DNA of 64,000 nt from IMG/VR virus record IMGVR_UViG_3300045988_059906; one strand, given 5' to 3'. This DNA comes from a virus. Positions 19,520-29,135 of this stretch are shown here, one piece after another (the first letter of the stretch is position 1; each line of letters opens with the position of its first letter). Under the pieces are notes generated by a model. That model was not told where the DNA came from. It did no database searches and saw nothing but the letters and a program-made list of their open reading frames with translations. A program made the translations under genes and the position numbers.

Positions 19520-20046
19520 ATTTTTGGGATTTTCTTTTTAATTGGTGACATACCCATAAATTTCCACTGTTAAGATTCCATAACTTAACAACACCAGATA
19601 AGTTTTTTTTTGTTTAAATCATGTTCTAGTAGCATAAGTCCGCAACCATACTACTCTCTCAGTTCATCGACTATCGTATCAGAAAAGGTCTTTATGATTC
19701 CGCAGGGACTGGCTTCAACTTAAACCCCGAATGGATTTTTACCTTGCCAGGTCAGGATATTATTACGTTTCTAGCACTCTGAATTGATTTAGCCTGTTTA
19801 ATCTTATAATCACGAACTACTTCTTTCATATAAGAGTTAAATTCCTTCATGTCTTTCCATGAAATCTCATTAGCTAGTTTTGGAGTTTGAAACATTTTGT
19901 ACTTTTCTAATAGGTCTTTCATTTCTCTCTTTAGTTTTCAAAGCATTTTCACACGCTTGTTTCTTCATTACATATGGACAATCACAATTTCCACTGTAGT
20001 ACCAACAATAATCACACTGATGCATAATCTAATATAAGGTCAATAG

Positions 20047-20117
20047 CTGGGGCACATGGACTCGAACCATGATTCTTTGATTAACAGTCAAAAGTTCTGA
20101 CCTTTGAACTATACCCC
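20047..20117 (-). tRNA. tRNA-Asn (GTT), copy 2
   Basis: Acceptor TGGGGTA/TGCCCCA, anticodon stem TTTGA/TCAAA, loop CTGTTAA, T arm CATGG-TTCGAGT-CCATG. Confidence 0.65.
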
Positions 20118-20362
20118 AATAGTTAATTTTCTCCACGGGTGTAGATAAGTACCCCTTTGGTACTTACCTTTTAGTAGTATCTTTACTCTAGACCTCTATA
20201 AGGAGGCGGAATAGTTCCAGAAACTAACCATGTATAGCTCTTAGAACTCTGTTCAAAATACCACTTAGCAGCTTTCTTCACAACATTAATTACTTTCTTC
20301 ATAACATCAAAGTTTAAAATTGTTAATAATTAATCTAATTCAGAGCCACAAAAGGAGTTTCG

Positions 20363-20441
20363 TTGCGGAGGTAGGATTCGAACCGTTTATGACGATTTCT
20401 AGGTTATGAGCCTAGCGAGATGACCACTTCTCTACTCCACG
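20363..20441 (-). pseudogene. initiator-like tRNA (CAT) with a disrupted T arm
   Basis: Acceptor CGTGGAG/CTCCGCA with C1.A72, D arm GAGA..TCTC and anticodon arm CTAGG-CTCATAA-CCTAG are present. The T stem cannot pair (AACGG versus CCTAC). Confidence 0.35.
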
Positions 20442-20866
20442 ATATTGGCAGCTACTTTACATCCGCTACCCAGGGATGCCTCTATCACCAGTGAGGCACG
20501 GACTATTCTAACCGTATAGCACGACTGGTTGGTAACGTCTCCAGACACGGCATTTAGACTGAAAATGTCGAAACAGTGATTTAAAGATTAAATAGGCTCT
20601 GGAAGATATTTCCAAATATAGCCATACTATGATTTGGTTTTATTCTTACAGCATCCTATAATATGACTCTATGCAGATTTATTGTCAGTAATTCCGTTAT
20701 TAATTAACCATTCCTAAGCTTCTCTGGAACCAAAGAATACCTGTATAAAATTACCTGCTAAGTCATACTAAGCAATTAACTTTGCGTTACTTTTTCTAAT
20801 TTTTATATTATTTGCCTTCAAAACTTTGTAAATAGTGTCTTTACAGCACCCTATTTTTTCTTGTAT

Positions 20867-21079
20867 CTAAGAACTAGTATATCCCAATCTAGCTAATTCT
20901 ACAATTTCACTATGATTGTATAGAATAGTGCCATCTCCTCCTTTAGAGGCATTGTACCCATTAGAACCATAAGTTCCTAGCTCTTTTATCCAATAGATTT
21001 CTCTTTCAGATAATTCAGAGTTACTATCTACATATTCCAATTCCTCTATCATAAAGTTCTCAACACCATACTTATTCAT
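20867..21079 (-). CDS. hypothetical protein
   Basis: 70-aa ORF. Confidence 0.3.
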   Translation of the reverse strand: MNKYGVENFMIEELEYVDSNSELSEREIYWIKELGTYGSNGYNASKGGDGTILYNHSEIVELARLGYTSS

Positions 21080-21243
21080 GGCATCATATAAAGGTCTTTT
21101 GTTGCATCTTTCTTTCTAAAAGTCATAACAATGTTCCTTCCAGCGCTCTTCTATAGAAGTAGTAGTTTTTCCTACGTATCGCTTGCTATTAATTAAATTT
21201 GTAATGCAATAAATATATGCCATATTTTTAAATTTAAAATTAG

Positions 21244-21328
21244 AATCCGTGGAGGGATTCGAACCCTCATTAAAGATTTCTCTTTTCAGTTTTGCAGACT
21301 GATGGCTAAACCATTCACCCACACGGAT
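21244..21328 (-). tRNA. type II tRNA with GCA anticodon (long variable arm, GNRA-capped)
   Basis: Acceptor ATCCGTG/CACGGAT, anticodon stem TCAGT/ACTGA, loop CTGCAAA, variable arm AAAGA-GAAA-TCTTT, T arm GAGGG-TTCGAAT-CCCTC. Confidence 0.5.
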
Positions 21329-21329
21329 A

Positions 21330-21632
21330 TTAAGATTTAAAGTACTTCTCTCTAAATGGGATATTAAATAATGAATCATTAATATCCTTATCAGTTATTT
21401 CCCTATCTAGAGCCTTCTCCGCACATTCGCTACAGATAAACACATGGTGGTCTGGATAATAATCTTTACCTCCCCCTTTGTAATAAGAGGAGAATTTCTT
21501 TGCAGCTTCTTTTTCAAAATTGGTTAGCTTAAAGTAATTTATTATCTTGTTCCAAACCTCATCAATAAACATTGGAGAGTTATGGTCTCCATAATAAAAT
21601 TCTTTATTACATACTGTACACTTTATTTTCAT
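21330..21632 (-). CDS. zinc-ribbon protein
   Basis: CTVCNKEF...CSEC cysteine pairs. Confidence 0.35.
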   Translation of the reverse strand: MKIKCTVCNKEFYYGDHNSPMFIDEVWNKIINYFKLTNFEKEAAKKFSSYYKGGGKDYYPDHHVFICSECAEKALDREITDKDINDSLFNIPFREKYFKS

Positions 21633-21647
21633 AAAACTTAAATTTTG

Positions 21648-21719
21648 AGTAGGTAATGAGAATCGAACTCACATCCTCGGCATGGCAAGCCGATGCACTA
21701 ACCGTTGTGCTATACCTAC
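21648..21719 (-). tRNA. tRNA-Gly (GCC)
   Basis: Acceptor GTAGGTA/TACCTAC, anticodon stem TCGGC/GCCGA, loop TTGCCAT. Confidence 0.7.
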
Positions 21720-21724
21720 AAATG

Positions 21725-21799
21725 TGCAGATAGAGAGACTCGAACTCTCCCCTTCAGATTGGAAGTCTGACGTGCTCAAACCATTAACACCACATCTGC
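21725..21799 (-). tRNA. tRNA-Gly (TCC), copy 2
   Basis: Acceptor GCAGATG/TATCTGC, anticodon stem TCAGA/TCTGA, loop CTTCCAA, T arm GAGAG-TTCGAGT-CTCTC. Confidence 0.65.
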
Positions 21800-21836
21800 A
21801 TAAGGAGAGTTATACGATACTCTCCTAAACGCTATC

Positions 21837-22178
21837 TTAAGATAGTAATTCCTGTGCCTCAATCTCGCCGATTATTTTAGTAACCGCAATCTTGAACGGA
21901 TTTCCCTTAGTCTTGTCAAACAGATGTACATCACGTACCTCGTCAACCTTGTCAGGAACATTCACCTTTCTTTTCCCTCTCTCTATGGTCTTCCAAGTGA
22001 TGACTTCGCACCGTTTCACGTCATAAACGCTATCGTTGCGGTCTACATAGACCCTGAAGAAGTTCTTCTTATGCTTCACAATCTCAACTCTTTTAAAGTT
22101 TTTGATGTTAGCATGAAATTTCAAATCGCATTTTCCGTTAGGTAAGAAAATCAATTCTGCCATAATGATACTCCGCAT
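21837..22178 (-). CDS. hypothetical protein
   Basis: 113-aa ORF. Confidence 0.35.
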   Translation of the reverse strand: MRSIIMAELIFLPNGKCDLKFHANIKNFKRVEIVKHKKNFFRVYVDRNDSVYDVKRCEVITWKTIERGKRKVNVPDKVDEVRDVHLFDKTKGNPFKIAVTKIIGEIEAQELLS

Positions 22179-22299
22179 AGTCGGAGATTCAAAGTTAAAC
22201 TATGTTAATTCCAGTCTTTCGTCTGGCACTCCACCTCGTTTTAACCAATAGCTACTGTTCTTCACTACTTGAGCTAAGCTCTAAACTGGGATAAAGGTA

Positions 22300-22683
22300 T
22301 TATTCTATATACATAAATGGTTTTCCAAATTCTTGCCTGAAAGACTCAAGCCAGCCTTCCATTTCCTCATCACTATCAAAATAGATAGACTCATCATGTC
22401 TCTCAGAGAACTCTAGAATAATATGCGGCTTCTGGTATACTATTCCATCCTTGTAGAAGGACGTTCTCTTACTAATTGATTCGAGCATCCCTTTCTCAGA
22501 GTAAGTCCCAAAGCATGGGTCTAGAAGATACCAATAATCAATATGCCTTTTCCAGAATAAAAATTTGGTATCCGCTATTCTATGCTTCCATTCTGGATGT
22601 TTTCTAGTTTTAAAAACTAGTATCCTCTTTATTAAATTTCCATTAATATATTTATCCATAATTAATCCCAATATTCTGGACAA
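22300..22683 (-). CDS. hypothetical protein
   Basis: 127-aa ORF. Confidence 0.35.
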   Translation of the reverse strand: MSRILGLIMDKYINGNLIKRILVFKTRKHPEWKHRIADTKFLFWKRHIDYWYLLDPCFGTYSEKGMLESISKRTSFYKDGIVYQKPHIILEFSERHDESIYFDSDEEMEGWLESFRQEFGKPFMYIE

Positions 22684-23078
22684 TCATCTGTCGTTAATAA
22701 TCCTTTCTCGCATAGACCTCCATCATAGAATATACATGATGAGCATGAAAGATTGTCCCTGGACTCATATTCCTGAATACCTTCCTGGATATCTTTCTTA
22801 GCCTTATATCTATCTTTTCTATTCTCTTTCTTATATTCGTACTGCATCATCTTACTTCTGTAGGGAGAAGTGCAATTCTTAAGCATTTTGGCATACTTGG
22901 AATCATTAAGAAAATCCGTAATTGATTCACAAACTCTAACCGAACCGAAAGTAAATCGTGTTCTATAATCCTTAATTCCTTTTATTGGAACATAAAATTC
23001 CTTATAAGAATTGTAGATTTTTTTAGCTCTAGAAATCCACTTTCTTTTAGAAAGCTCTCTTCTTAATTTTCTGTCCAT
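22662..23078 (-). CDS. hypothetical protein
   Basis: ORF track 22662..23309, trimmed to Met78 because the annotated N-terminus runs through a tRNA gene. Confidence 0.35.
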   Translation of the reverse strand: MDRKLRRELSKRKWISRAKKIYNSYKEFYVPIKGIKDYRTRFTFGSVRVCESITDFLNDSKYAKMLKNCTSPYRSKMMQYEYKKENRKDRYKAKKDIQEGIQEYESRDNLSCSSCIFYDGGLCEKGLLTTDDCPEYWD

Positions 23079-23098
23079 AGGCAAATAAATTGGTGTAG

Positions 23099-23172
23099 AA
23101 TCTGGAGTGGGATTCGAACCCACGAAACACGGTTTTGCGGACCGTTCCCTTAGACCACTCAGGCATCCAGAC
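23099..23172 (-). tRNA. tRNA with GCA anticodon, Ser-like body but short variable loop, C33
   Basis: The D arm and anticodon stem (ATGCCTGAGTGGTCTAAGGGAACGGTC...ACCGT) resemble tRNA-Ser, but the variable loop is only 5 nt. Loop CCGCAAA. Confidence 0.45.
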
Positions 23173-23199
23173 ATAAAGGGGAGACTAGCTCCCCAGTTT

Positions 23200-24384
23200 T
23201 TAAAGTACCAAAGAATCGTATCTTCCTGTACGATACAGAGATGGTTTACTGTTAGGATCTTTAATCCACCAGTAGTTAATTTCGCCACCGTCCTTAGTAA
23301 CAATAACATTCAACTTCTTGTCAATAGCGATAATCTCGTCATTGTAGAAGTCGTCTCCTACCTTAAGATTGCTGAACTTGGTAGAAGAATAGATAAAGTT
23401 ATACGACAGGCTGTGGAAGTTATGACGACGATACTCATAGTATTCGTTGAGGGCTTTTCTTTCCTCTATAGTACAGTTATCCTCGTCATCAACAATAGGC
23501 TTAGGTATAGGATTATTAAATCTCTCAACAGCCTTGGAGAAGTTTTCAATAGAGAACTTATTCTTGTCTTGTTCAATTTCTCCAGTGTAAGCGTAACCTC
23601 TGATACAAGAATACTCATACTCATTAGTTACTACGTTGAAGAAACTCTTAGCCTTTTTCAAACCTTCAATTCCATGAATGTTAACTTCATTAACTATAGT
23701 TTTGAGAATATCAATAGTTGATATAGTCAAAGAATCAATGAAGTCAAGTAAATCTTGACGTGCTTCTGGAACCTCCAGGGCATCGTCTAGATATTCGTTT
23801 ACAACCTTCAAATCAAGATTTTCAAACTTCTTGACGTAGCGGATTCTAGACGGACGTCCTACCATATTCTCGTTGATAGACATTGCATTAGTAGTCAACA
23901 AGAATACCTTACGATACTTAGAGCTATAAACTCCATCCATAATTTGGAGGATTGTAGAATCCGACTCGCTGAAGTTCTTTTCAAACTCATCTAGGAAGAG
24001 AACACAGTCTCCCTCAATACCAGAGAGAAACTCAATCATAGATTGATTATGGTCTCCCATATCCTTTACGATAATAACAGGAAGGTTCAACTTATTAGCT
24101 AATTCTTTAGCTGTGACAGTCTTTCCAGTACCTTTTGTACCAGTAAACATGATTCCCAAGTTTCCTTCTGTGTTATTATAAGTTTTGATTACATGGTCTA
24201 TGAAATCTTCCTGCAGTCCATACATCTTGTACGGAAATACGAACTTGTCTGCATACTTATCCAGGTGATAACCTGTCATTGTCAGACTAATACTGTAAAT
24301 ACCAACCGGAAGAGATTCCGAAACCTTGTAACCTGAGCCTACTTGGGTGTATGTAGACCCGGAACACATCCAAACTTTGTTCAT
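23200..24384 (-). CDS. AAA+ family ATPase
   Basis: Walker A GTKGTGKT and Walker B VLFLDEFEK. Confidence 0.6.
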   Translation of the reverse strand: MNKVWMCSGSTYTQVGSGYKVSESLPVGIYSISLTMTGYHLDKYADKFVFPYKMYGLQEDFIDHVIKTYNNTEGNLGIMFTGTKGTGKTVTAKELANKLNLPVIIVKDMGDHNQSMIEFLSGIEGDCVLFLDEFEKNFSESDSTILQIMDGVYSSKYRKVFLLTTNAMSINENMVGRPSRIRYVKKFENLDLKVVNEYLDDALEVPEARQDLLDFIDSLTISTIDILKTIVNEVNIHGIEGLKKAKSFFNVVTNEYEYSCIRGYAYTGEIEQDKNKFSIENFSKAVERFNNPIPKPIVDDEDNCTIEERKALNEYYEYRRHNFHSLSYNFIYSSTKFSNLKVGDDFYNDEIIAIDKKLNVIVTKDGGEINYWWIKDPNSKPSLYRTGRYDSLVL

Positions 24385-24615
24385 TTCTTTATTTTTAATT
24401 GTTATTTAATATGAATGTTTCAGAACATTCAGTTAATTAAAGTTCTCCACTGTCTTTGATAAGTTCTTTAGCCTTATCCATTCCAGCTTCGTAAGCCTCC
24501 ACAACATACTGTATAGCAGTTTTTGAATCAATTTGATTCATGGAATTGCTACTGTCTACCAATTCTTGGATAATTTCACTTAACTCTTTCATAATCTATA
24601 ATCGAATAAAAGTTG

Positions 24616-24697
24616 TAGGGTAGGAGGGACTCGAACCCTCACACATTTCTGTACTAGATCCTAAGTCTAGCGCGTCTACCAATTCCGCCACTACCCC
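24616..24697 (-). tRNA. tRNA-Leu (TAG), type II
   Basis: Acceptor GGGGTAG/CTACCCT, anticodon stem CTAGA/TCTAG, loop CTTAGGA, long variable arm, 82 nt. Confidence 0.7.
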
Positions 24698-24701
24698 AAG
24701 G

Positions 24702-25151
24702 TTACAATTCCCCGTCTCTTATTTTCTCAGCCATAGTACACATCTCTTGATAATACTTGACTACCTTATTGAACAATTCTTCAGGAACTATTGTACACTT
24801 TTCACTTTCCTGCCCAGGAAGCCATTGACGATTTATCATTCTCTTCTTTTCAAGACTTATTCTAGTTGTATTGCTATCTATGAAAACTTCATAGAAATCT
24901 TCTTTAACATCTTCTCTAAAGGCAGTAATATCTTTAGTTATCTTGAAATAACCAAATGATTGTCTATTGAAGTTTATTTGAAAGCATTTTCCCTCAAAAC
25001 TTTTTAGAAGTTGATTATTTTCTTCTTCTTTTAGTCTCCTTCTTTCTGCTTCCTCTCTAGCAATATTATCTAAGTATTCACAATACTCTTGAAGAGAACA
25101 GCCAGGATGTTTCCTGGCATATTCTTTCATTGGACTTTCTCTTGACCACAT
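24702..25151 (-). CDS. hypothetical protein
   Basis: 149-aa ORF. Confidence 0.35.
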   Translation of the reverse strand: MWSRESPMKEYARKHPGCSLQEYCEYLDNIAREEAERRRLKEEENNQLLKSFEGKCFQINFNRQSFGYFKITKDITAFREDVKEDFYEVFIDSNTTRISLEKKRMINRQWLPGQESEKCTIVPEELFNKVVKYYQEMCTMAEKIRDGEL

Positions 25152-25567
25152 TATTTCACTAATTTTATTTCACAACAAATATTGAGTTTGGGAATAGAAA
25201 TCCACTCGCATATTCCATTGCTATCAACTGGTTTTCCTCCATTGATTGTGCAAATAGTAATATGTGGTTTAGCATTTGCACAAGGCAAGTCTGGTATAGT
25301 AACTCTAAAAGCTATTGCTTTGTTAGAGAAACCTATTCCATTTACTTCTACCATCCATGATTCATCAATCTTCTTTACAAGAGAGTCATATATCTCTTTG
25401 TCGTTTTGATTTCTGTGGAGCAGAGTACAATGGTCTAGATATAAAGTACTTCCTCTTTGAAGGACCAGATTAGCTATAATAGGATTAGCAAAAATGATTT
25501 TCATAAGCTCATTCCTATTATGTTCATTTAAAAACAATCCGAAATACTGATAATTCATAAATTCCAA
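25151..25567 (-). CDS. hypothetical protein
   Basis: 138-aa ORF. Confidence 0.35.
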   Translation of the reverse strand: MEFMNYQYFGLFLNEHNRNELMKIIFANPIIANLVLQRGSTLYLDHCTLLHRNQNDKEIYDSLVKKIDESWMVEVNGIGFSNKAIAFRVTIPDLPCANAKPHITICTINGGKPVDSNGICEWISIPKLNICCEIKLVK

Positions 25568-25582
25568 TTTTTAATTCTCTAG

Positions 25583-25657
25583 TGGACCTAGAGGGCTTTG
25601 AACCCCCGACCTCCTGATTATGAGTCAGTTGCTCTGACCTGGCTGAGCTATAGGTCC
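25583..25657 (-). tRNA. tRNA-Met/Ile2 (CAT)
   Basis: Acceptor GGACCTA/TAGGTCC, anticodon loop CTCATAA, T arm GGGGG-TTCAAAG-CCCTC. Confidence 0.7.
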
Positions 25658-25667
25658 GATTTAGTCT

Positions 25668-25745
25668 CACTATCGTAGGACTATAAGCTCCCAACGTCCG
25701 ACTGGCTACGGAAGGTTATTTACCGGTCTAATAACCTATTCTACT
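25668..25745. repeat. conserved 78-nt element adjacent to tRNA genes, copy B
   Basis: About 90% identical to 7128-7205 and shares the ggttatttaccggtctaataacc hairpin. Confidence 0.6.
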
Positions 25746-26523
25746 GTTAGTTCCTGTTCGCAGACATATTCAACTAGCAATTCATCATTACCAAATACCA
25801 TAATCTGCAATACCACAATTTCCGGCCCATCCTTACTTAGTCTTGGTCTACTAGAGAATGCATATTCTGACATAGGAGACCTAGAATGAAATCTTACGAA
25901 TTTACTTCTAGGATGAGACCTCTGGATTATTCCGCTACTGGGAGTATTTAGAGATACTTTACTAGTTATCTCCCCAATATTGAAAGAAGTTACGTTAAGC
26001 ATAAGCACTTATTGATTGACATTTAAATATTATAGTTTTACCAATAATATCATCAGGCTTTATATTAAACTTAGAAAACTCCTCAACCAGCTCATTCATA
26101 TCTTCTACAGAATATGTCTCTCCAATAACTCTCATATTATCTAGAGAAGTTTGGAAGTTCTTCAGTAGCTCTGTAAGTAAACAGCTATTAATTATTACTT
26201 TCATTTTACTATGATTTGCTCTTCAGGTTTTAACTTAGCTGGAGCATCAGAATGTAATTTACCACATCTTACACACCAACAAACTCCAAATGAATTTTCT
26301 CTCACTTTACATCTGCCTTTCTCACAGATTTTAACTACTTTTCTATAATTCTTCTTATCCATAATTATATAATTTAGAAATACAGCCTTACTACCCTTAT
26401 GTTCCTAGTTATTCTTTAGCTAGCTTTAGATTATTACTAGGTAATACCTCAACGGATTTATTCAGCTGACTTTACCGCCTCTTGGTATGCAAGGCTAGGT
26501 CTCCCTAGCGAAGCTGTATTTAG

Positions 26524-26595
26524 TTGGGCTACCAGGACTCGAACCTGGACTCTCAGAACCAAAATCTGATGTGACTACCATTACACCATAGCCCA
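26524..26595 (-). tRNA. tRNA-Gln (TTG), copy 2
   Basis: U1:A72, acceptor TGGGCTA/TAGCCCA, D arm TGGTGTAATGGTA, loop TTTTGGT. This is the scaffold shared with the CTA suppressor. Confidence 0.75.
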
Positions 26596-26657
26596 GTTTA
26601 GCTTAACTATTCTCTCGAACCGTTAAGCCCATATTTACCATGAAAACACACAATGCG

Positions 26658-26734
26658 TGGGACGAGGCAGGATCGAACTGCCGCTATCGTCCTGGATTTT
26701 CAGTCCAGCGCTCTACCTACTGAGCTATCGTCCC
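26658..26734 (-). tRNA. tRNA-Phe (GAA), copy 2
   Basis: Acceptor GGGACGA/TCGTCCC, anticodon stem CTGGA/TCCAG, loop CTGAAAA, T arm GGCAG-TTCGATC-CTGCC. Confidence 0.6.
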
Positions 26735-26740
26735 ATGTAA

Positions 26741-26980
26741 TTAGATACTCAAATCTAATACTTTTTTGTTCCACCAGTTAGTTAAATCTTGTAAAGAAAA
26801 CTTAAATTCTTCCTCAAATTTTTCTACCGGAACAGTTTCATCTCCTAATTCTATTGCCCATCTCCAGCAAGCTTCTGTTTCAGCTACGTCAATAGGCTCT
26901 TCCATTAACCAAGTATCATCCATAAGTAAGTCAAGAAATGGCTTATGAAGGGACTTAAATATTTCAATTCTTTCTTCCAT
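26741..26980 (-). CDS. hypothetical protein
   Basis: 79-aa ORF. Confidence 0.3.
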   Translation of the reverse strand: MEERIEIFKSLHKPFLDLLMDDTWLMEEPIDVAETEACWRWAIELGDETVPVEKFEEEFKFSLQDLTNWWNKKVLDLSI

Positions 26981-26996
26981 AACAAATTTTATTAAG

Positions 26997-27081
26997 CGGA
27001 GGCAGCTGGATTCGAACCAGCGGGACCCGAAGGCCCTCCGTCTTAGCAGGACGGTGGTTTAAGCCACTCACCCATACCTCC
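26997..27081 (-). tRNA. tRNA-Ser (GCT), type II, copy 2
   Basis: Acceptor GGAGGTA/TGCCTCC, anticodon stem CCGTC/GACGG, loop CTGCTAA, variable arm GGGCC-TTCG-GGTCCC. Confidence 0.7.
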
Positions 27082-27143
27082 AAATTGCGAAGGGGCTTTT
27101 GTTATACTTTACTATTGAAATTGTAAAGCCCCTTCGCTGTGAA

Positions 27144-29117
27144 TTACTTCACTTCTTCAAACTCAGTTGTTTCAGCTTTCTTCTCCTCCAACTCTTTCTT
27201 GCCGAGAACACTTTTCAGTGTATCAGCGAAAGGTATAGAGCGAAGCAAGTCGAACGCAGGATTCAAGTTCTCAGCAGTTTTAGCCATGAAGTTACCAGCG
27301 GTATTCTCGTTACCATAAACAGTAACCTGTCCAAGGTGAACGTGTTCAAACATCTGAGCAGATGCTTCTGCAATACCTGTCAACTGGTCAACTGTCTTGT
27401 ACTGAACCACCATTTCAGGAGTCAAGCCGGATTCAATCATCTTCTGGACTGCCAGAGCAGGAGCCATTTCAATAGCCTGAACCTTGTCAGCCTCAGCCAT
27501 CAAAGACGCTCTCTTACCCTCAGCTTCAGCAAGCAGTTTCTTTCTTGTACCTTCAGCTTCGGCTTCTAGCTGCAACTTCGTAGCATTTGCTTTAGCTTCT
27601 GCTTCTTTCAGAATTTCAGCAGCCTTAGCTTCTGCTTCAAGTACAGCCTTCTGCTTAACAGCTTCTGCCTCAATCGTAATACGTTCCTTTTCTTTTTGGG
27701 CAGGAACAATTGTCTCAGCATGAAGCTTAGCTTCCATAGCCAATGCAGCTGCTTCGTTTACTTCCAGTTGCTTTTCTTGCTTAGTTTTCTCGATAGTCAT
27801 TTGAGCTTCTACCTTAGAAGTTCCTGCTACCTTTTCAGCTTCAGCCTTAGCTTTCTCGGCTTCTCCCTTAGCTTTAGAGACTTCAATCGTGGCATTTTGT
27901 TCTGCCACTCCTGCAATCTTATCAGCTTCGGCTGCCTTTACACGCTTGTCTGACTCATACTTAGCAACTGCAGCTTCCTGTTCGTTAATTGCTTTTTGCG
28001 TCTCAGCTTCCTGTTTTTGCTTAGCCTGAGCAATACGAGTTTGTTTCTCTGCTTCTGCTTCTGCTTTCTTAGAGTCAGCTTCTGCTTTAGCCTTAGCTAC
28101 ATTAGCCTCAGCTAGTGATTCAGATTCTGCTCTATTAGAATCGGCTTCTGCTTGAGCTTTAGCTATAGCTGAAATTTTCTCAGCTTCTGCTTTAGCTTTC
28201 TCCGATTCCGCTGCAGTATTAGCTTTAGCAATATTGGCAGCTTGCTCAGCTTTCTGATTAGCAATACCCGATTGCTTATTCTTCTCAGCTTCTGCAAGTT
28301 TGATTTCCTTCTCCTGGTTAATCTCTGCCACACGAACCTCTTGCTCTTGTCTAGTCTGAGCAACAGTAGTTTCACGCTCTTTCTCAGCGTCTGCTACAGC
28401 AATTTCACGTTGCTTGTTGGTTTCTGCAATCTGAATATCTCCTTTCTTTTTCTCTTCTGCAATGTCTGCTTGTGCCTGAGCAAGAGCTTTAGTTGCAGCT
28501 TTCTGACCTAGATTCTTGATATAGTTTGCATCATCCGAAATATCAGCATTGTTAATGTTGATAATACTGAAACCTACCTTATTTAACTCGGTCTCAATAT
28601 TCTCCTTAGCTTTGCCGATAAACTTGATTCTATCAGCGTTAATTTCCTCAATCGTCATTGTAGCCATCAAGCTTCTCACTTCACCAATGAGAATATCCTT
28701 GATTTGGTCTGAGATTTCAGAAGTTTTAGCTGTTAAGAATCTACTTGCAGCGTTTTGCATTAATGTTTGAGTAGTTCCAATACCAGTGGTCAATGTTACA
28801 GGAATAGTTACCTTAATCATTTGACTGGAAACACCAGTAACATTTACTTGAATTTGGATAGGTTTCAAGGACATTTTAGCCCAGTCTTGGATTACTGGCA
28901 TTACGAATGTACCTCCACCATGAATGATTTTGGACGGCAGAATAACTTCCTCCGACTTTCCAGTCTTCTCGTTAACTACCTTCTTCTTACCAGCCTTACC
29001 AAACACAACCAAGATTTCATCACTGGCACACTTACGATACCGTGACAAAAGTCCAATAAAGGTTAAGACTACTAGCAATACAATAACACCTGCTACAATA
29101 AGAGTTTCTGTTGTCAT
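27144..29117 (-). CDS. flotillin-like SPFH/band-7 domain protein
   Basis: 657 aa: N-terminal transmembrane helix, SPFH-type domain, long Ala/Glu/Lys coiled-coil repeats and a flotillin-type C-terminus. Confidence 0.6.
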   Translation of the reverse strand: MTTETLIVAGVIVLLVVLTFIGLLSRYRKCASDEILVVFGKAGKKKVVNEKTGKSEEVILPSKIIHGGGTFVMPVIQDWAKMSLKPIQIQVNVTGVSSQMIKVTIPVTLTTGIGTTQTLMQNAASRFLTAKTSEISDQIKDILIGEVRSLMATMTIEEINADRIKFIGKAKENIETELNKVGFSIININNADISDDANYIKNLGQKAATKALAQAQADIAEEKKKGDIQIAETNKQREIAVADAEKERETTVAQTRQEQEVRVAEINQEKEIKLAEAEKNKQSGIANQKAEQAANIAKANTAAESEKAKAEAEKISAIAKAQAEADSNRAESESLAEANVAKAKAEADSKKAEAEAEKQTRIAQAKQKQEAETQKAINEQEAAVAKYESDKRVKAAEADKIAGVAEQNATIEVSKAKGEAEKAKAEAEKVAGTSKVEAQMTIEKTKQEKQLEVNEAAALAMEAKLHAETIVPAQKEKERITIEAEAVKQKAVLEAEAKAAEILKEAEAKANATKLQLEAEAEGTRKKLLAEAEGKRASLMAEADKVQAIEMAPALAVQKMIESGLTPEMVVQYKTVDQLTGIAEASAQMFEHVHLGQVTVYGNENTAGNFMAKTAENLNPAFDLLRSIPFADTLKSVLGKKELEEKKAETTEFEEVK

Positions 29118-29135
29118 CTTTTAAAAAATTCTTTT

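Noticed and set aside
21116-21379. Minus-strand 87-aa ORF
   Set aside because: It overlaps the type II GCA tRNA (21244-21328) and has a low-complexity product.
23107-23721. Plus-strand 204-aa ORF
   Set aside because: It is antisense to the AAA+ ATPase gene and a tRNA, with a hydrophobic low-complexity product typical of an antisense frame in AT-rich DNA.
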